64,000 nt of DNA. Source: Yuukianura sp. NJ FZ-2021 (lineage: Eukaryota). The notes under the pieces are model-generated. The model was not told where the DNA came from. It made no database searches and saw only the letters and a list, made by a program, of their open reading frames with translations. This document shows, piece after piece, positions 39,101 through 50,000 of the stretch. The translations under genes and the position numbers were made by a program. The number at the start of each line of letters is the position of its first letter. Positions within the stretch are counted from its first letter, which is position 1. The stretch is from NCBI GenBank assembly GCA_046563655.1, contig CM102285.1, positions 13,082,001 to 13,146,000 on the forward strand, given 5' to 3'.

Positions 39101-42100
39101 CCCGTTGAGGAGGAAGCTGCCGTTGAAGCCACTATTCAAAGGAAGCCAACATTACCAAAGGATGAGGAAGAAGCTGTCAAAGAAAACCGTCAATACCAAA
39201 ACCTACAGAAGAGGAAGCTGCAGTTGAAGCTACAATCCAGATAAAGCCGTCAATACCTAAACCGGAAGAGGAAGAAGCCGTAGAGGCTACGATTCAGAGA
39301 AAGCCGTCATTGCCAAAACCCCAAGAGGAAGAAGCCGTACAAGCAACAATTCAAAGGAAGCCTTCCGTAACAAAAGAGGAGGAAGTTTCAGAAGAAGTTG
39401 TAATTAAGAAGAAGCCCAAGAAAAAGATCAAGGTGACGGAACAAGAAGAGGCGACTCAGCAAGTCGTCATCAAAAGGAAGCCTTCGTTGCAGAAACCTGA
39501 AGTAGAAGAAGCTTCAGCTGAGGTCACTATTCAGAGAAAACCGTCATTGCCTAAGGATGAGGAAGAAGCTTCAGCCGAAGCAACAATCCAAAGAAAACCC
39601 TCGTTACCGAAACCGGTAGAAGAAGAAGCTTCAGTCGAAGCTACAATACAAATGAAGCCCGCAGTTCCAGTAACTTCTGAAGATGTGTCGGAGGAAATAG
39701 TAATCAAAAGAAAACCGTCAGTTGCAAAAGGGGACGAACAAATTTCTGAAGCAGTAGTGATTAAGAAAAAGACAAAGAAAAAACCCACTGTTTCCGAAGG
39801 GGAGGAAGCTACTCAGGAAGTCATTATAAAAAGAAAACCGTCATTGCCGAAACCAGTCGAAGAAGAAGCTTCAGTGGAAGCCACCATTCAGAGGAAGCCG
39901 TCAATTGCTAAAGACGAGGAACAAGCTGCAGCCGAAGCTGTAATTCAATTGAAGCCGGCAGTTCCAGTGAAATCGGAAGATGTGTCAGAGGATGTCGTTA
40001 TTAAAAGAAAGCCGTCATTACCAAAACCCGTTGAAGAGGAAGCTTCAGTTGAAGCCACAATTCAAAGGCGACCGTCCGTACCAGTGACTTCAGAAGAGGT
40101 TTCAGAAGAAGTCACTATCAAACGAAAATCGTCCGTTGTGAAAGAGGACGAAGCTTCAGAAGCTGTCGTTATTAAGAAAAAGACGAAGAAGAAACAAACG
40201 GTTCCGGAAGAAGCAGTGACTCAGGAGGTCGTCATCAAAAGAAAACCGTCATTGCCGAAGCCCGCGGAAGAAGAAGCTTCAGTTGAAGCAAGTATACAAA
40301 GGAAGGCGTCGTTGCCTAAAGAAGAGGAAGAAGTTGCTGCAGAAATTGTTCTTAAGAAAAAGCCTGTGAAACCGGAAAAGGAAGAAGCGGTTGCTGCTGA
40401 AATTGTTTTGAAGAAGAAGACTGTGGTACCGGAAGAGGAAGAAGAAGTTGCTGCAGAAATTGTTTTGAAGAAGAAGCCCACTGTAACGGAAGAGGAAGAA
40501 GTTGCTGCAGCGATTGTTCTCAAAAAGAAGCCCACTGTAACGGAAGAGGAAGAAGTTGCTGCAGCGATTGTTCTCAAAAAGAAGCCAACTGTAACGGAAG
40601 AGGAAGAAGTTGCTGCAGCGATTGTTCTCAAAAAGAAGCCAACCGTAGCGGAGGAAGAAGAAGTATCGCAGGACGTCGTTATAAAAAGAAAACCGTCACT
40701 ACCTAAACCCGAAGAGGAAGCTTCCGTTGAAGCCACAATAAAACGAACACCATCGATACCAAAGGATGAAGATGAAGCTTCAGCCGAAACTGAAATTCAG
40801 AGGAAGCCGTCTATTCCGATTGTTTCCGAAGAAGTTTCGGAAGAAGTCGTTATAAAACGTAAAGAATCTATCAAAAAGGAAGAAGAAGCTTCTACAGAAA
40901 AGACGGTCAAGAAGAAAAAGATCAAAACGTCAAAAGTGAAGGACCAAGCGGAGGAAGTCGTCATTCGAAGGAAGTCGTCGGGCCCCAAGACTGCCGAAAC
41001 TGAAGAAGTTGAAGCCGAAGCGACTATTCAGCGAAAACCATCTGTTCCGACATCTCCGGAGGAGGTTTCAGAGGAAGTAACCATCAAGAAAAAGCCTGCT
41101 GCCGAAGAGGAAGAAGTTGCAGAAAAAGTCGTCATCAAGAAGAAGCCTAAAACTCCAGAAACAGAAGACGTTTCGGAAGAAGTCGTAATTCGTAGAAAAG
41201 CTCCTGAGCCGGCTCCAGAGGAAGACGTTTCAGCGGAAGCCACTTTCAAGCGCAAACCGTCGGAGCCTACCGTTTCAGAAGATGTTTCGGAAGAAATAAC
41301 AATCAAGAGACGCGTATCTCGACCGCTGGTGGTCACGGAAGAGCCAACCGAGGAAATCACTCTGTCAAAGGCCGTCAAAGTCAAAAAGCCGACCGTCGTT
41401 GGAGAGCAATTCGTCAGTGAACAAATTACACTTAAAAAGCCATTTGCTAGGGAGGAACTGGAGCCAGAAGCCTTCACGCTTAAACAGTGCGACTCTGTTT
41501 ACGAAGAAATCGAAAGTGACCACAAGGTCAAACTTAGGAAGAAGCCGAGGTCATACAGTATTGAAGAAGAAGCAGCTAGCCTAGGTGTCATACTGCAACA
41601 AGAAGAACAGGAAACGAGTGTTAGCTTTCCGATACGCAAGAAACGACCAGTCGTTCCTCAGATTTACTTTGCTGATGAAGAAGAAGAAGATGACGAAGTC
41701 AGTTTGTCGCTGGAAAAGAAGAAGTTTGTTGTTGAAAATATGGAGGAGGACTTAAGTCTCGTCATTCCAAGCATTCCTAAAAAACGCGTTCCTGTAGATG
41801 ACGGTAAGTGCCTAAACATAACGGAATTCTGTTACTTAACGCAAATCCACAATTTACCATAACCAATATTTTGTTGAATAGAAGCTGCAAGTTTGAGCGT
41901 TACAATTGAAGGAAAGGAAGATGAAGAACTACCACCCAAATGCAGCATCTACTACGCCGTCAAACAGTTCACAACGACCGAAAAAGATCAAATTTCCCTA
42001 AATGAAGGTGACCGCGTCTACATCATTGGTGAGCAAAGTTTTTAAAACGTTAATTCACACTAAAGTTAATTAAAAACTTAAGTTTAACACCTGACTTAAA

Positions 42101-45100
42101 TATTACAGAACCGTCTAGTGATGAATGGTGGTACATCAAGAAACACAATACGGATGAGTACGGATACGTTCCTAAGAGCATTCTGCTGGACCTCGAGAGC
42201 TACCAAAAACTTTTGCAAAAACAGCTACGCGCAAAGATACTGCAACTTCCAGTATTTGAAGATACTTCACAGAAAATGGTTCCGCCAAAATTCATTACAA
42301 AGTTAGCGCCTATGACAAGCGTTATGGACGGCGACAGCATTTGCCTAAGCGTTGAAGTTGAGGGTTTCCCAAATCCTAACCTAACGTGGTTCAAGAACAC
42401 AACGATTATACGCAGTACTCAAGACTTTTCCGTAAGCTCTATTCTAACTAGGTATCTAATGTTACTGCGTAATCTGATCTCTTTGACGCACTACAATTGA
42501 TTATTAAACGTTCCAGATTACTACAACGCCAACATCCACCGTGCTAACCATCCGCGAATGTTACTTTGAAGACACAGGTTACTACACAATCGTAGCTAAG
42601 AATATGGCAGGGTTTGCAACTTCCATGACAGAGCTCGTAGTCAACCTACCCTACTCTGACCACGGAACCGAGTCAACCGTCACGGAGCCCATGACCCGTC
42701 AAAGTCTTTCGGAAGACTTGTCAACTTCAACCGAAGTTGGCGACTTTCTAATGCCAACCTTTACTAGAACAGTACAGAATGTAACAATTCAAAGAAATTC
42801 TTACCTGAAAATCGATGTCCACTTCATTGCCATTCCGGAAGGAGAAGTACGTTGGTTCCGCGGTTCCGAAGAAATCTTTGAAGATGGTCGAACGTCAATG
42901 GAGACGGCTCAAGATGTCCATATGTACACCAGCACGTTGAAGATCTCTAAAATCCAAACAAATGAAACTGGTGTATACAAGATCACTGTTACAAATACAA
43001 TTGGTACATCAACTATGGAGATACATGTCAATGTTGTCGAAGCTGAGTCTTACTTCGTTAGACCACTTGAAGACGTTGAGAAGTATGAAGACGACGATCT
43101 CGAGTTTGAAGTAGTCGTAGAGCCACCTACAGCTGGTGTCAAATGGTACAAAGATGGTGAAGAGATTCTTCCGAACGATCGTATCCGGGTAGAAGAGGTC
43201 ACCAATAGCCGGAAACTTGTGATACGGCGGCTAACAATCTTTGATGAAGCGGAGTATAGCTGTGTACTTGAAAAAGAAACAGAAACCAGCTGTGAGCTAA
43301 CTGTCATTGGTAAGTGGGATACTCCTTCAACAGCTGAGCCTCAGCTGTCAAAACGTTCGGAAAACAATTTTTAACAGTGGCTGCCCAGCAGTTAAAAGTT
43401 CGTACCCTGAATTCTAAACTTTGTGCTTGAACAGGAAGCAAGATTTAGTATTCTCGATAGTAAACATGGTATCCTCTGACATCTTCTGACCCCTGATTCG
43501 TTATCTTTGGATAACGAATATAGCACCCCTCAGACTACGATAACGTTCCCTCGAGGTTACAAATGCTAATATAAGGCAAGTATGCTAGATAATACGGTAT
43601 GTAACTTACGGCAACGTTGGTAACTACACTTCCTTCCAAGTTTCATAAATCCCAACCGCGACGTTTTACATACGTTATGTATATTTATCCAAAAATTGAT
43701 TAAAATGAACTCACAACGATAGGTATCCGCAGTATTGAACTTCGCCCCATCATCTCTGGTACAAATGGTGGTGTTCAGCAGGATACTAAATTCCGTGGAT
43801 TGGGCAGCAACTGCTGAACTGTCAACTTTTGAATTTTGAAATGTCAAAGTTGCCGCCAAAACTTATTCTTTGTTTCTTTGTAATAATATTTCAGAATTAC
43901 CGCCAAAAATTGTGTCGCCGATGAGAGATACGATTGTAACTACCAAAGAAACGGCGTCGTTCGACATCGAGCTGAGCAAAGGAGACGCTCGTGTACATTG
44001 GTTCAAGGGTGACGTCGAGATTCAATTTTCCGAAAGAATTCAATTGATTATCAACGGGAAAAAGCAAACACTCCACGTTCACAACTGCGGACCGGATGAC
44101 GAAGGCAACTACAGCTGTGTTGTTGGTGACGAAAGTAGCGTTGGACGTCTAACGGTCATCGAAGGTAAAGTTACATTGTAGTTACTGTATTCGGAATGTC
44201 ATATTTTCTATGTTAAAATTAAATGTTACATTTTTTAGAATCCAAACCACACTTTTTGAAGAAGTTACCTGAATTTACGTACTCAACGGTTGACGCCAAA
44301 GAATTGAAGCTTTCCGTAGAAATTTCTGACGCAAATGGCAAAGTGACTTGGGAATGGTAAGTTTTTATTGGACATTTTTTGATAAACTGTCTTTACTGAA
44401 ATTTTGACGATTTCTTTTCAGTAACAAGCAACCGATTACAGCCAAGTCTCCGAATTACAAAATTACCAAAACAAATCAACAGCGAAAACTGACTATAACG
44501 AATCCGAAGGACGGTGACGTTTACACTTGCATCTACGAATCTCTTTCCACTACCACAACAATCAAAATCTTAGATAAACCAATAAAACCGGACAATCTCA
44601 GTATCAAGCAACTGGAAAGTGAATCTGTTCTGCTGGAATGGAAACCTGCTGATGACAAGCATTTGAAATATTGTATTGAAAAGTTCGAAGATGGGGACTG
44701 GCAGAAGGTGGCTGAACTTGACTCTTCCATTCAATCTTATTGTGTTCAAAAACTGCAACCTGATTCAGAATACATGTTTCGAATCATCGTTGAAAATCCA
44801 AGTGAGTAGAATCCAGAATTGTGAAACTTTTATATCATGATTTCGAATTCAACTTGTTTTTTTGTAAATTTAGTTGGAGTAGCAGAGCCACTGGAGTCGC
44901 CAATTGTTCGTCTCCATTCAATCGAATGTCTCCGTCCACCGACTGGTCCATGCAAAATTGTGACTAAATCAAATTCAGCTATTTTCTCATGGAATGAACC
45001 CGAAAATGCATCAAGCTTTGAAGAAATCAAATACTTGGTGGACAAAAGAGAAGAGTCTAAGAAAGCTTGGATCCGATGTGAAGAAACAATGGAGACCACA

Positions 45101-46699
45101 ATAGAATTGTATTTGAAAACAAATATCAATTACTACTTCAGAATTATTGCACAATCTGGTGAAGAAAAGAGCGAACCGTACTATGTCGAAGAACCCGTTT
45201 GTCTTAAAGACTTAACAGAATCAAGACGTAAGAGAGAAAAAATTGACATTTAAAACAACACAAAATCTTTGTTGCTTTTTCTTCATTTTTCGTTTTTTTT
45301 TCTCTTTAGAACCACCCCCGCCCCCAAGAAATTTCGACTACTTGACCTCCAACACCAATGTCAATTTGAGTTGGGATGAACCGAAAGACTACACTGGTGA
45401 GCTCACTTATGTCATTGAAGAATCCCGAGACCAATACTACGAAGAGTGGTCAGAGGTCACCACGACGACTGAAACTACGCACACAGTCAAATCGCTGGAC
45501 CGAAGCTTTACGTACAAGTATCGTATTTGTTCCAAGAATTCTTTTGGAAGGAGTTCTTGGGTCGAGAGTGAAGAAGTCAAGTTTAGAGCCGCAGGTATGA
45601 ATTTTGGACACAACGTTTTTTAATTTGTTTTTAAATTATTAATTTTTAATTTGTTATTATTTCTTGCTGTTTTTGTTCTCTAGGCCCACCGAGTCCACCC
45701 ACCGCACCCATTGAATTTAGACAAGTAACTGCCAGTACAGTATTTGTGGAGTGGGGCCTTCCAGAATCTGACGGTGGAGAACCACTGGAAGACTACGTTG
45801 TGATGCTCAAAGACAGAAAGAAGAATTTGTGGATCGAAATTGGCAGAACAGATTCCACAAAGTTTGCTATTAAAGACTTAGAGGTGACGAAAAATTCCAA
45901 ATTTTCCAAAATTTTCTCAAAAATTGGGAAATATCCCCAAAAAAATCATTTTTCTTTGTAATTGTACAGGATGAACACGAATACTCAATTCGTATTTATG
46001 CAACAAACAAAGTTGGGATGAGTGACCCATTGGAATCAGAAGACTACTTGAAAGTATCACACTGTGAAGGCAAGTTTTTCATTTTTTGCACGCTTTTCCA
46101 TATCGCATCAACAAGATCACTTCAAAACAAAACAAGTTTTTTTTTATTAACTGATCCACTTAATTGAACTGTTAAATTGTCCAACTTGATTTCGTTTAGC
46201 TTTAAAAGTGAAAACGGAAATGCTAATTTTCCAAAACTTAATGCGGAAGGAAGTACAAACTTTTTAATTGAATGTTACGCGTTCTTTTGGGAATACTGAT
46301 CGTAATACGCACTTATTATGGAGAGGGGAAAGTTCAAAATGTAAATTAGATTGAGAGTTCAAGTTGGCACAAAACATTTCATTTTGACAGATTGATTTTC
46401 ATGGGGCTAAACACATCCATTACGAGGCAGAGTGTACAACATGATTAATGACTGTGATTTTCATTCCTTTTTCGTGATGTGTTATTTTCCTATTTTCCAT
46501 TACAGTTGAAATGATGACCCCGAAGACAATGGCAGCCAAAGCACCAGATGAAGACGGAAGTGTCAGTGACAAAACAATGTCTTGGATGTACTCTCATAGC
46601 ATGGATGCTGACATTGTTTCCTACTCACAGTCCTGCGTCCTCAAGAAAAACGAATACTTTTTCAAAATTTGGTATTACGCCAACGAACTCTTCAAATAA
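1..46699 (+). CDS. sls: Giant titin-like muscle protein, sallimus/D-titin/I-connectin family (5'-partial; 18 exons, about 14,500 aa in window)
   Basis: Exons join in phase at GT/GC-AG sites: 1-18193, 18619-19010, 19116-19431, 19725-19768, 19891-24379, 24669-33065, 33237-41803, 41882-42028, 42109-42431, 42517-43309, 43895-44164, 44239-44356, 44422-44801, 44874-45227, 45310-45594, 45684-45883, 45970-46069, 46506-46699. Domain order is PEVK-like repeats, Ig, SH3, Ig x5, FN3 x4, then the tail MDADIVSYSQSCVLKKNEYFFKIWYYANELFK, which resembles the insect Sallimus C-terminus. No kinase domain, which argues against projectin/twitchin. Confidence 0.9.
18619..19010 (+). CDS. sls: Titin exon: Ig domain plus start of the next Ig
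   Basis: Acceptor ttgtacAG (phase 1). APKFIQPLQSQ...FQWYHDG...DTGEYSVRAENVLGSVTSTA. Donor CAG|GTAACC. Confidence 0.92.
19116..19431 (+). CDS. sls: Titin exon: remainder of Ig domain
   Basis: Acceptor ttcgtAG. VQGTPRPLVIWHHNNQPI...GEYTAVATNVFGEAHSVATLTVEAYEYIPDSE. Donor G|GTAACA. Confidence 0.9.
19725..19768 (+). CDS. sls: Titin 44-nt micro-exon (DTSRKIVQHKEVSDS), not in the ORF track
   Basis: Pyrimidine tract plus tttacAG acceptor and G|GTAATG donor. It bridges the phase-1 donor at 19431 to the phase-0 acceptor at 19891. Confidence 0.72.
19891..24379 (+). CDS. sls: Titin exon (4.5 kb): E/K/T-rich 44-46-aa repeats
   Basis: Acceptor tcttctacAG, donor G|GTAAGT. Corresponds to ORF 19828..24393. 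Confidence 0.88.
20101..24290 (+). repeat. Coding tandem repeat, 132-138-bp unit ([I/V]EVTQESVPFEFKPEERK.TRTRTKKVKEEEE.EAAAEATE), roughly 30 copies
   Basis: gaattcaag recurs about every 135 nt. Homogeneous core at about 20940-24130, with degenerate copies at both ends. Confidence 0.96.
24669..33065 (+). CDS. sls: Titin exon (8397 nt): acidic T/E/S/A-rich region with degenerate repeats
   Basis: Acceptor tctttcAG (phase 1), donor G|GTATTT (phase 1). Corresponds to ORF 24635..33142. Confidence 0.88.
33237..41803 (+). CDS. sls: Titin exon (about 8.57 kb): PEVK-like repeat arrays, with a frameshift at about 39177
   Basis: Acceptor tttttcAG, donor G|GTAAGT. ORFs 33221..39244 and 39310..41862 carry the same RKPS repeat family in different frames, with no intron-like sequence between them. 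Confidence 0.82.
35000..37620 (+). repeat. Coding tandem repeat, 276-bp unit (92 aa; ETVLARPAE...KVKVKKTRKLA.PKPSEE...RKPSVAEEK), about 10 copies
   Basis: ETVLARP codons start at 35075, 35351, 35627 and 35903 (276 nt apart) and continue to about 37560. Confidence 0.95.
37904..38610 (+). repeat. Coding minisatellite, 57-bp unit (EEEEAVQAEIKLKPKLPQP), 12 copies
   Basis: KLKP codons run from 37934 to 38561, which is 11 intervals of 57 nt. Copies are near-identical. Confidence 0.98.
38610..41340 (+). repeat. Degenerate 18-20-aa PEVK-type repeats (EEEAxVEATIQRKPSLPKP / EEVSEEVVIKKK), including a 54-bp sub-array at about 40440-40660
   Basis: Translated repeats in both ORFs. gttgctgcagcgattgtt at 40501 and 40555. 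Confidence 0.9.
41882..42431 (+). CDS. sls: Titin exons 41882-42028 and 42109-42431: SH3 domain and start of Ig
   Basis: Spliced translation IYYAVKQFTTTEKDQISLNEGDRVYIIEPSSDEWWYIKKHNTDEYGYVPKSIL has the SH3 hallmarks (ALYDY-like segment, WW, GYVP). It is followed by PPKFITKLAP...VEGFPNPNLTWFKN. Confidence 0.92.
42517..44356 (+). CDS. sls: Titin exons 42517-43309, 43895-44164 and 44239-44356: tandem Ig domains
   Basis: DTGYYTIVAKNMAG; VRWFRG...ETGVYKITVTNTIG; VKWYKDG...DEAEYSC; VHWFKG...DEGNYSC. GT-AG junctions are in phase. Confidence 0.92.
44422..46069 (+). CDS. sls: Titin exons 44422-44801, 44874-45227, 45310-45594, 45684-45883 and 45970-46069: end of Ig plus four FN3 domains
   Basis: KPIKPDNL...LLEWKP...YMFRIIVEN; FSWNEP...YYFRIIAQ; NLSWDEP...YKYRICSKNSFG; VEWGLPESDGGEPLEDYVV...YSIRIYATNKVGMSDPLES. 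Confidence 0.9.
46506..46699 (+). CDS. sls: Titin terminal coding exon, sallimus-like C-terminal tail
   Basis: Acceptor tttccattacAG. VEMMTPKT...SWMYSHSMDADIVSY...EYFFKIWYYANELFK, stop TAA at 46697-46699. Confidence 0.88.
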
Positions 46700-47030
46700 C
46701 TCACTCATCCGTCCATTTTTGGCGCTCAACTTCAAAAACACATCAACTGCTCATTTGCGTCTTCCAGAAATCAAGAGCATAAAAAGTTAAATCGAAATTG
46801 CAAGAGAAATTGTGTAGGTTTTCTAAAAGCTTAAAGGAATCAACCAGAGGAGAAAGTTTGCTTTCACTTTTTACTGCTGCTGCTGCTGAATGCAAACCGT
46901 CCATCCTCTGATTAATTCTAAAAATAAGCTTTTGAAAAAAGAGAAAGGAAAATGTTTAGAAACAGAACTGAACTGGAATTACTAAGCATTCTGTGACTAT
47001 TGTGCTACTTTGAGTCTGTGAGGAAATGAA

Positions 47031-47036
47031 AATAAA
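47031..47036 (+). terminator. Candidate polyadenylation signal for the titin gene
   Basis: AATAAA about 330 nt after the stop codon. AT-rich context makes chance occurrence plausible. Confidence 0.35.
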
Positions 47037-50000
47037 CTATACTTTAGGAGGAAGTAGGGGAAAGTTCCCAGCTTCCTCCAATGCATTACAAATGATCCCT
47101 GGCTCTTTCCGTATCTTTCAAAATCTGAATTGGTAATATTTATCTGCAATGCGGAAAAATTCCCTCTTCTGTATTCCCCTAAAACTTTTATATTTTGGGT
47201 GACCCTCCTGTTGATACTATTTTTGGTGCAGTGGATGTCCGGATGAAGTGGATTTCAAATCAGATGAAATCCATGGGGGAACAACTGGAGAAAAAAGCTT
47301 GTTGCAATGCAGCACATTCAAGCATTCAATGGAGGGGGAAGAGACAAGTTTTCAAATCCGGATGAGCAGGTTCTTGTCGCATTGTTCCAGGGGAGAGGAA
47401 AAGTCTGTCCGTAGGGAATTTTATAAAGTATACATAAGGACACAGTACATAGTTCATACTAAAATATAAGTTAGGGAAAAAAGTCGATTAAGTTAGGGTT
47501 TTGTAGTATGAACACAAATTGGGAACAGATGAGAGCGTGTCAGAGGTCAAATTTCTATTTATTTTTGGAACTTTTAAAATAGACTGTATTACATTAATCA
47601 TCTCCAGCACAAAATGAAACTCAAGAAGCGTGAAATGCACGCGACAGAGCGGAGGTACTTTCTAATTTGTATTTTCTAATTTGATCAAATTCATCGTTTC
47701 CCCCCTCTTCAATTTTTTTTCTCTTTTCAATCGACTAATTTGAAATTATTCAAAAATGGTCAAATTAAATAATAGCAATCATTTTAATTTCAAAAATTAC
47801 AAAGTCCAAATTATACCAATTCCGACTTTTAAGAAACATTTTTTTCTCAATCATTTCTGATGAAAAATTTTCTTAATATTGGAAGTCAATTGTCAATTTC
47901 TTGGAGTTATTACTGTTGTGTATTTTTGTTGAGAGGTCAAGTAGGTCATAATTTGTTGGAAAGTTTTATATTTCCAGATGGAACAGATCGGAAACCGTAA
48001 ATTATGAAACAGAAAATCAACAAAGAGGGGTCAACAATTGAGCAGAAGAGGCCCATTGTGTAATAAATCATGAAAATTGAGCTCAAATTACACTTTTTGT
48101 GAATTTAGGGGTTCAATTTCCCGTCTATCATCAACCGTCAGCCCATCATCATCTGTCTACTGACTCCTTTTGTGACATTTTACATGATTTCCTGTTGTTT
48201 GCAGGTTGTCTACACGCTTAATTTTCATTATAAAACATGGATCAACCCTTCCAGAACTTTTTTTGTTGATTTTTGTCCATTATTTGTGCACTTCAAAAAT
48301 TACCGTGATGATGATCCATCCATGTCCTCTTTTGGTATGGATTTTTGAAATTGTGGAAGTTGTTTTTTATTTAGACAATAACTTACACAGAAATTATAAA
48401 CTTCCGGTGATAAACAGGGAAGCTAATCATAGGCATCCACGAGTGGAACATTAGCTTTTGGTTATTTGTCATAAAATGAAAAAAAGCGGTTCATCCTCTT
48501 CTGTAATACTTTTTTGAAAACTTTTTGAACAAAAGAATAAGGTTTATAACGTGTGATTACATGCGAATCGGTTTTGGATAAAAGAGAAAAAGACTGCTCC
48601 TGTCATCATCATCTCCTGTTTTTGTTTTCAATTTTTCAGTTTTTTTGAAAAGAGGAAAATGACATGGTCAAAAATTATAATTTTGGGACGAAATTTGTTC
48701 ATTGTTAAATTTTGGGCAACAACCGCCGGATTTCCGATCAACTGTCATCTCTGATTTGTTCCGTAATTATTTTTGTGCAAAAAACTTCTTTTGTTGATTT
48801 TTTGTTAATTTATGATTTTCAAATTGGAGTACGTGATGCGTCCAGTCCAGAATTTGGCATGAAAAAAATGTTGCGTTCAATTTTGTCCATGCAATTTCTT
48901 GTCATGTCCAAAAACCAACGAATTTAACATGTCACAGTATGCGTCACCTGAAACATGAAACAGAAACGGAACTGTCTTTTTTGTTTCTCATGAAATTTTG
49001 AAAATTTCATGAGCATTTACCTGTCAAAATTGAAGGTTATTGTCAAGCTCAAGACAGAAAACCAATAAAAAGGACCCTTGCCGTTTAAGGTAATGGATTT
49101 TGTGACTTTATTTTTTGGCAAATCATGATTATGTGAACCTAAATTTTTTATGACGACAATTATGTCGTCAACAACCAAACTTTCGGCTACAATTGAACAA
49201 TTTTCGCAAAAAATAAAATCAGTCTCCAAAATTTTATGACCTTAAAACGGGATCCGCTGTTCTGTTCCAAAATTACTCAAAACTGCAAACCCATAAACCC
49301 ACCGACGACGTCTCAATTATACTAATTTCTGGGCTAAGAAAAATACACAAACCAAAACCGTCAAAATTTTCTCAGTTTATTTTTGAACCAGAAAATTCAA
49401 ATACTAAAAAACTTCAAGTTTTTCGTAATTCTAGTATTGGATTGCCTTTCTCCATAAAGTTTGTAAAAGAAACTTTTCAAAGACGCCGCTATTTCCAAAG
49501 TTGTCAAAAAATTTTATGTTCGCGAGTATTGAAGGATTCAAAATCCCCGAAAAGCTTTGCCGTCATCGCTGCCCGTGTTGTTTATGAAGGTTTTATGAAG
49601 GTGTGGCTTTTCCGGAGGGTGGATCCATAGGCGGCAACTTATGATTTTGGAGGCTTGTGCTTATTTTCCTTATTTTCATATGATTTATGACGATAGGGAA
49701 CCTGGAGGGGAACGGCAGAGCGCAGGATAGATCCAGCTCCAGCACTCAGAGTTTTGGAAAACCTTATGAAATGCAGACAGGAAAGTTCTGGAAGAAAGTT
49801 GAGAACGCGAGAGAGCGAAAATTTCGCAAGAAAAGTGGATCAGATAACCCAAATTTGGTCTAGAACGTTAACTCTCCCATCAGAAAGCATAAATTCTCAA
49901 ACTGTTGTTTTTATGCAACTTTTAATTGCAATTCATTTTAAAATCTTCCTGCTTAAGATTTATGGCAAAATTTAATTGAAGTGTTGCTCTTCTTCACCTA

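Noticed and set aside
39176..39190. Programmed -1 ribosomal frameshift
   Set aside because: There is no X XXY YYZ heptamer in the correct frame, and the repeat consensus shows that several codons are missing, which points to a deletion.
15339..41477. Long minus-strand S/F/L-rich ORFs (for example 697, 556, 437 and 401 aa)
   Set aside because: Mirror of the GAA/AAA-rich sense codons. They are low complexity, with no independent domain or splice evidence.
39310..41862. Separate 850-aa gene
   Set aside because: It starts at TTG in the middle of a repeat, has no promoter or acceptor, and continues the upstream repeat family.
42517..46699. Projectin/twitchin or obscurin identity
   Set aside because: There is no kinase or RhoGEF domain and no Fn-Fn-Ig super-repeat. 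SH3-Ig-FN3-tail after PEVK regions fits sallimus.
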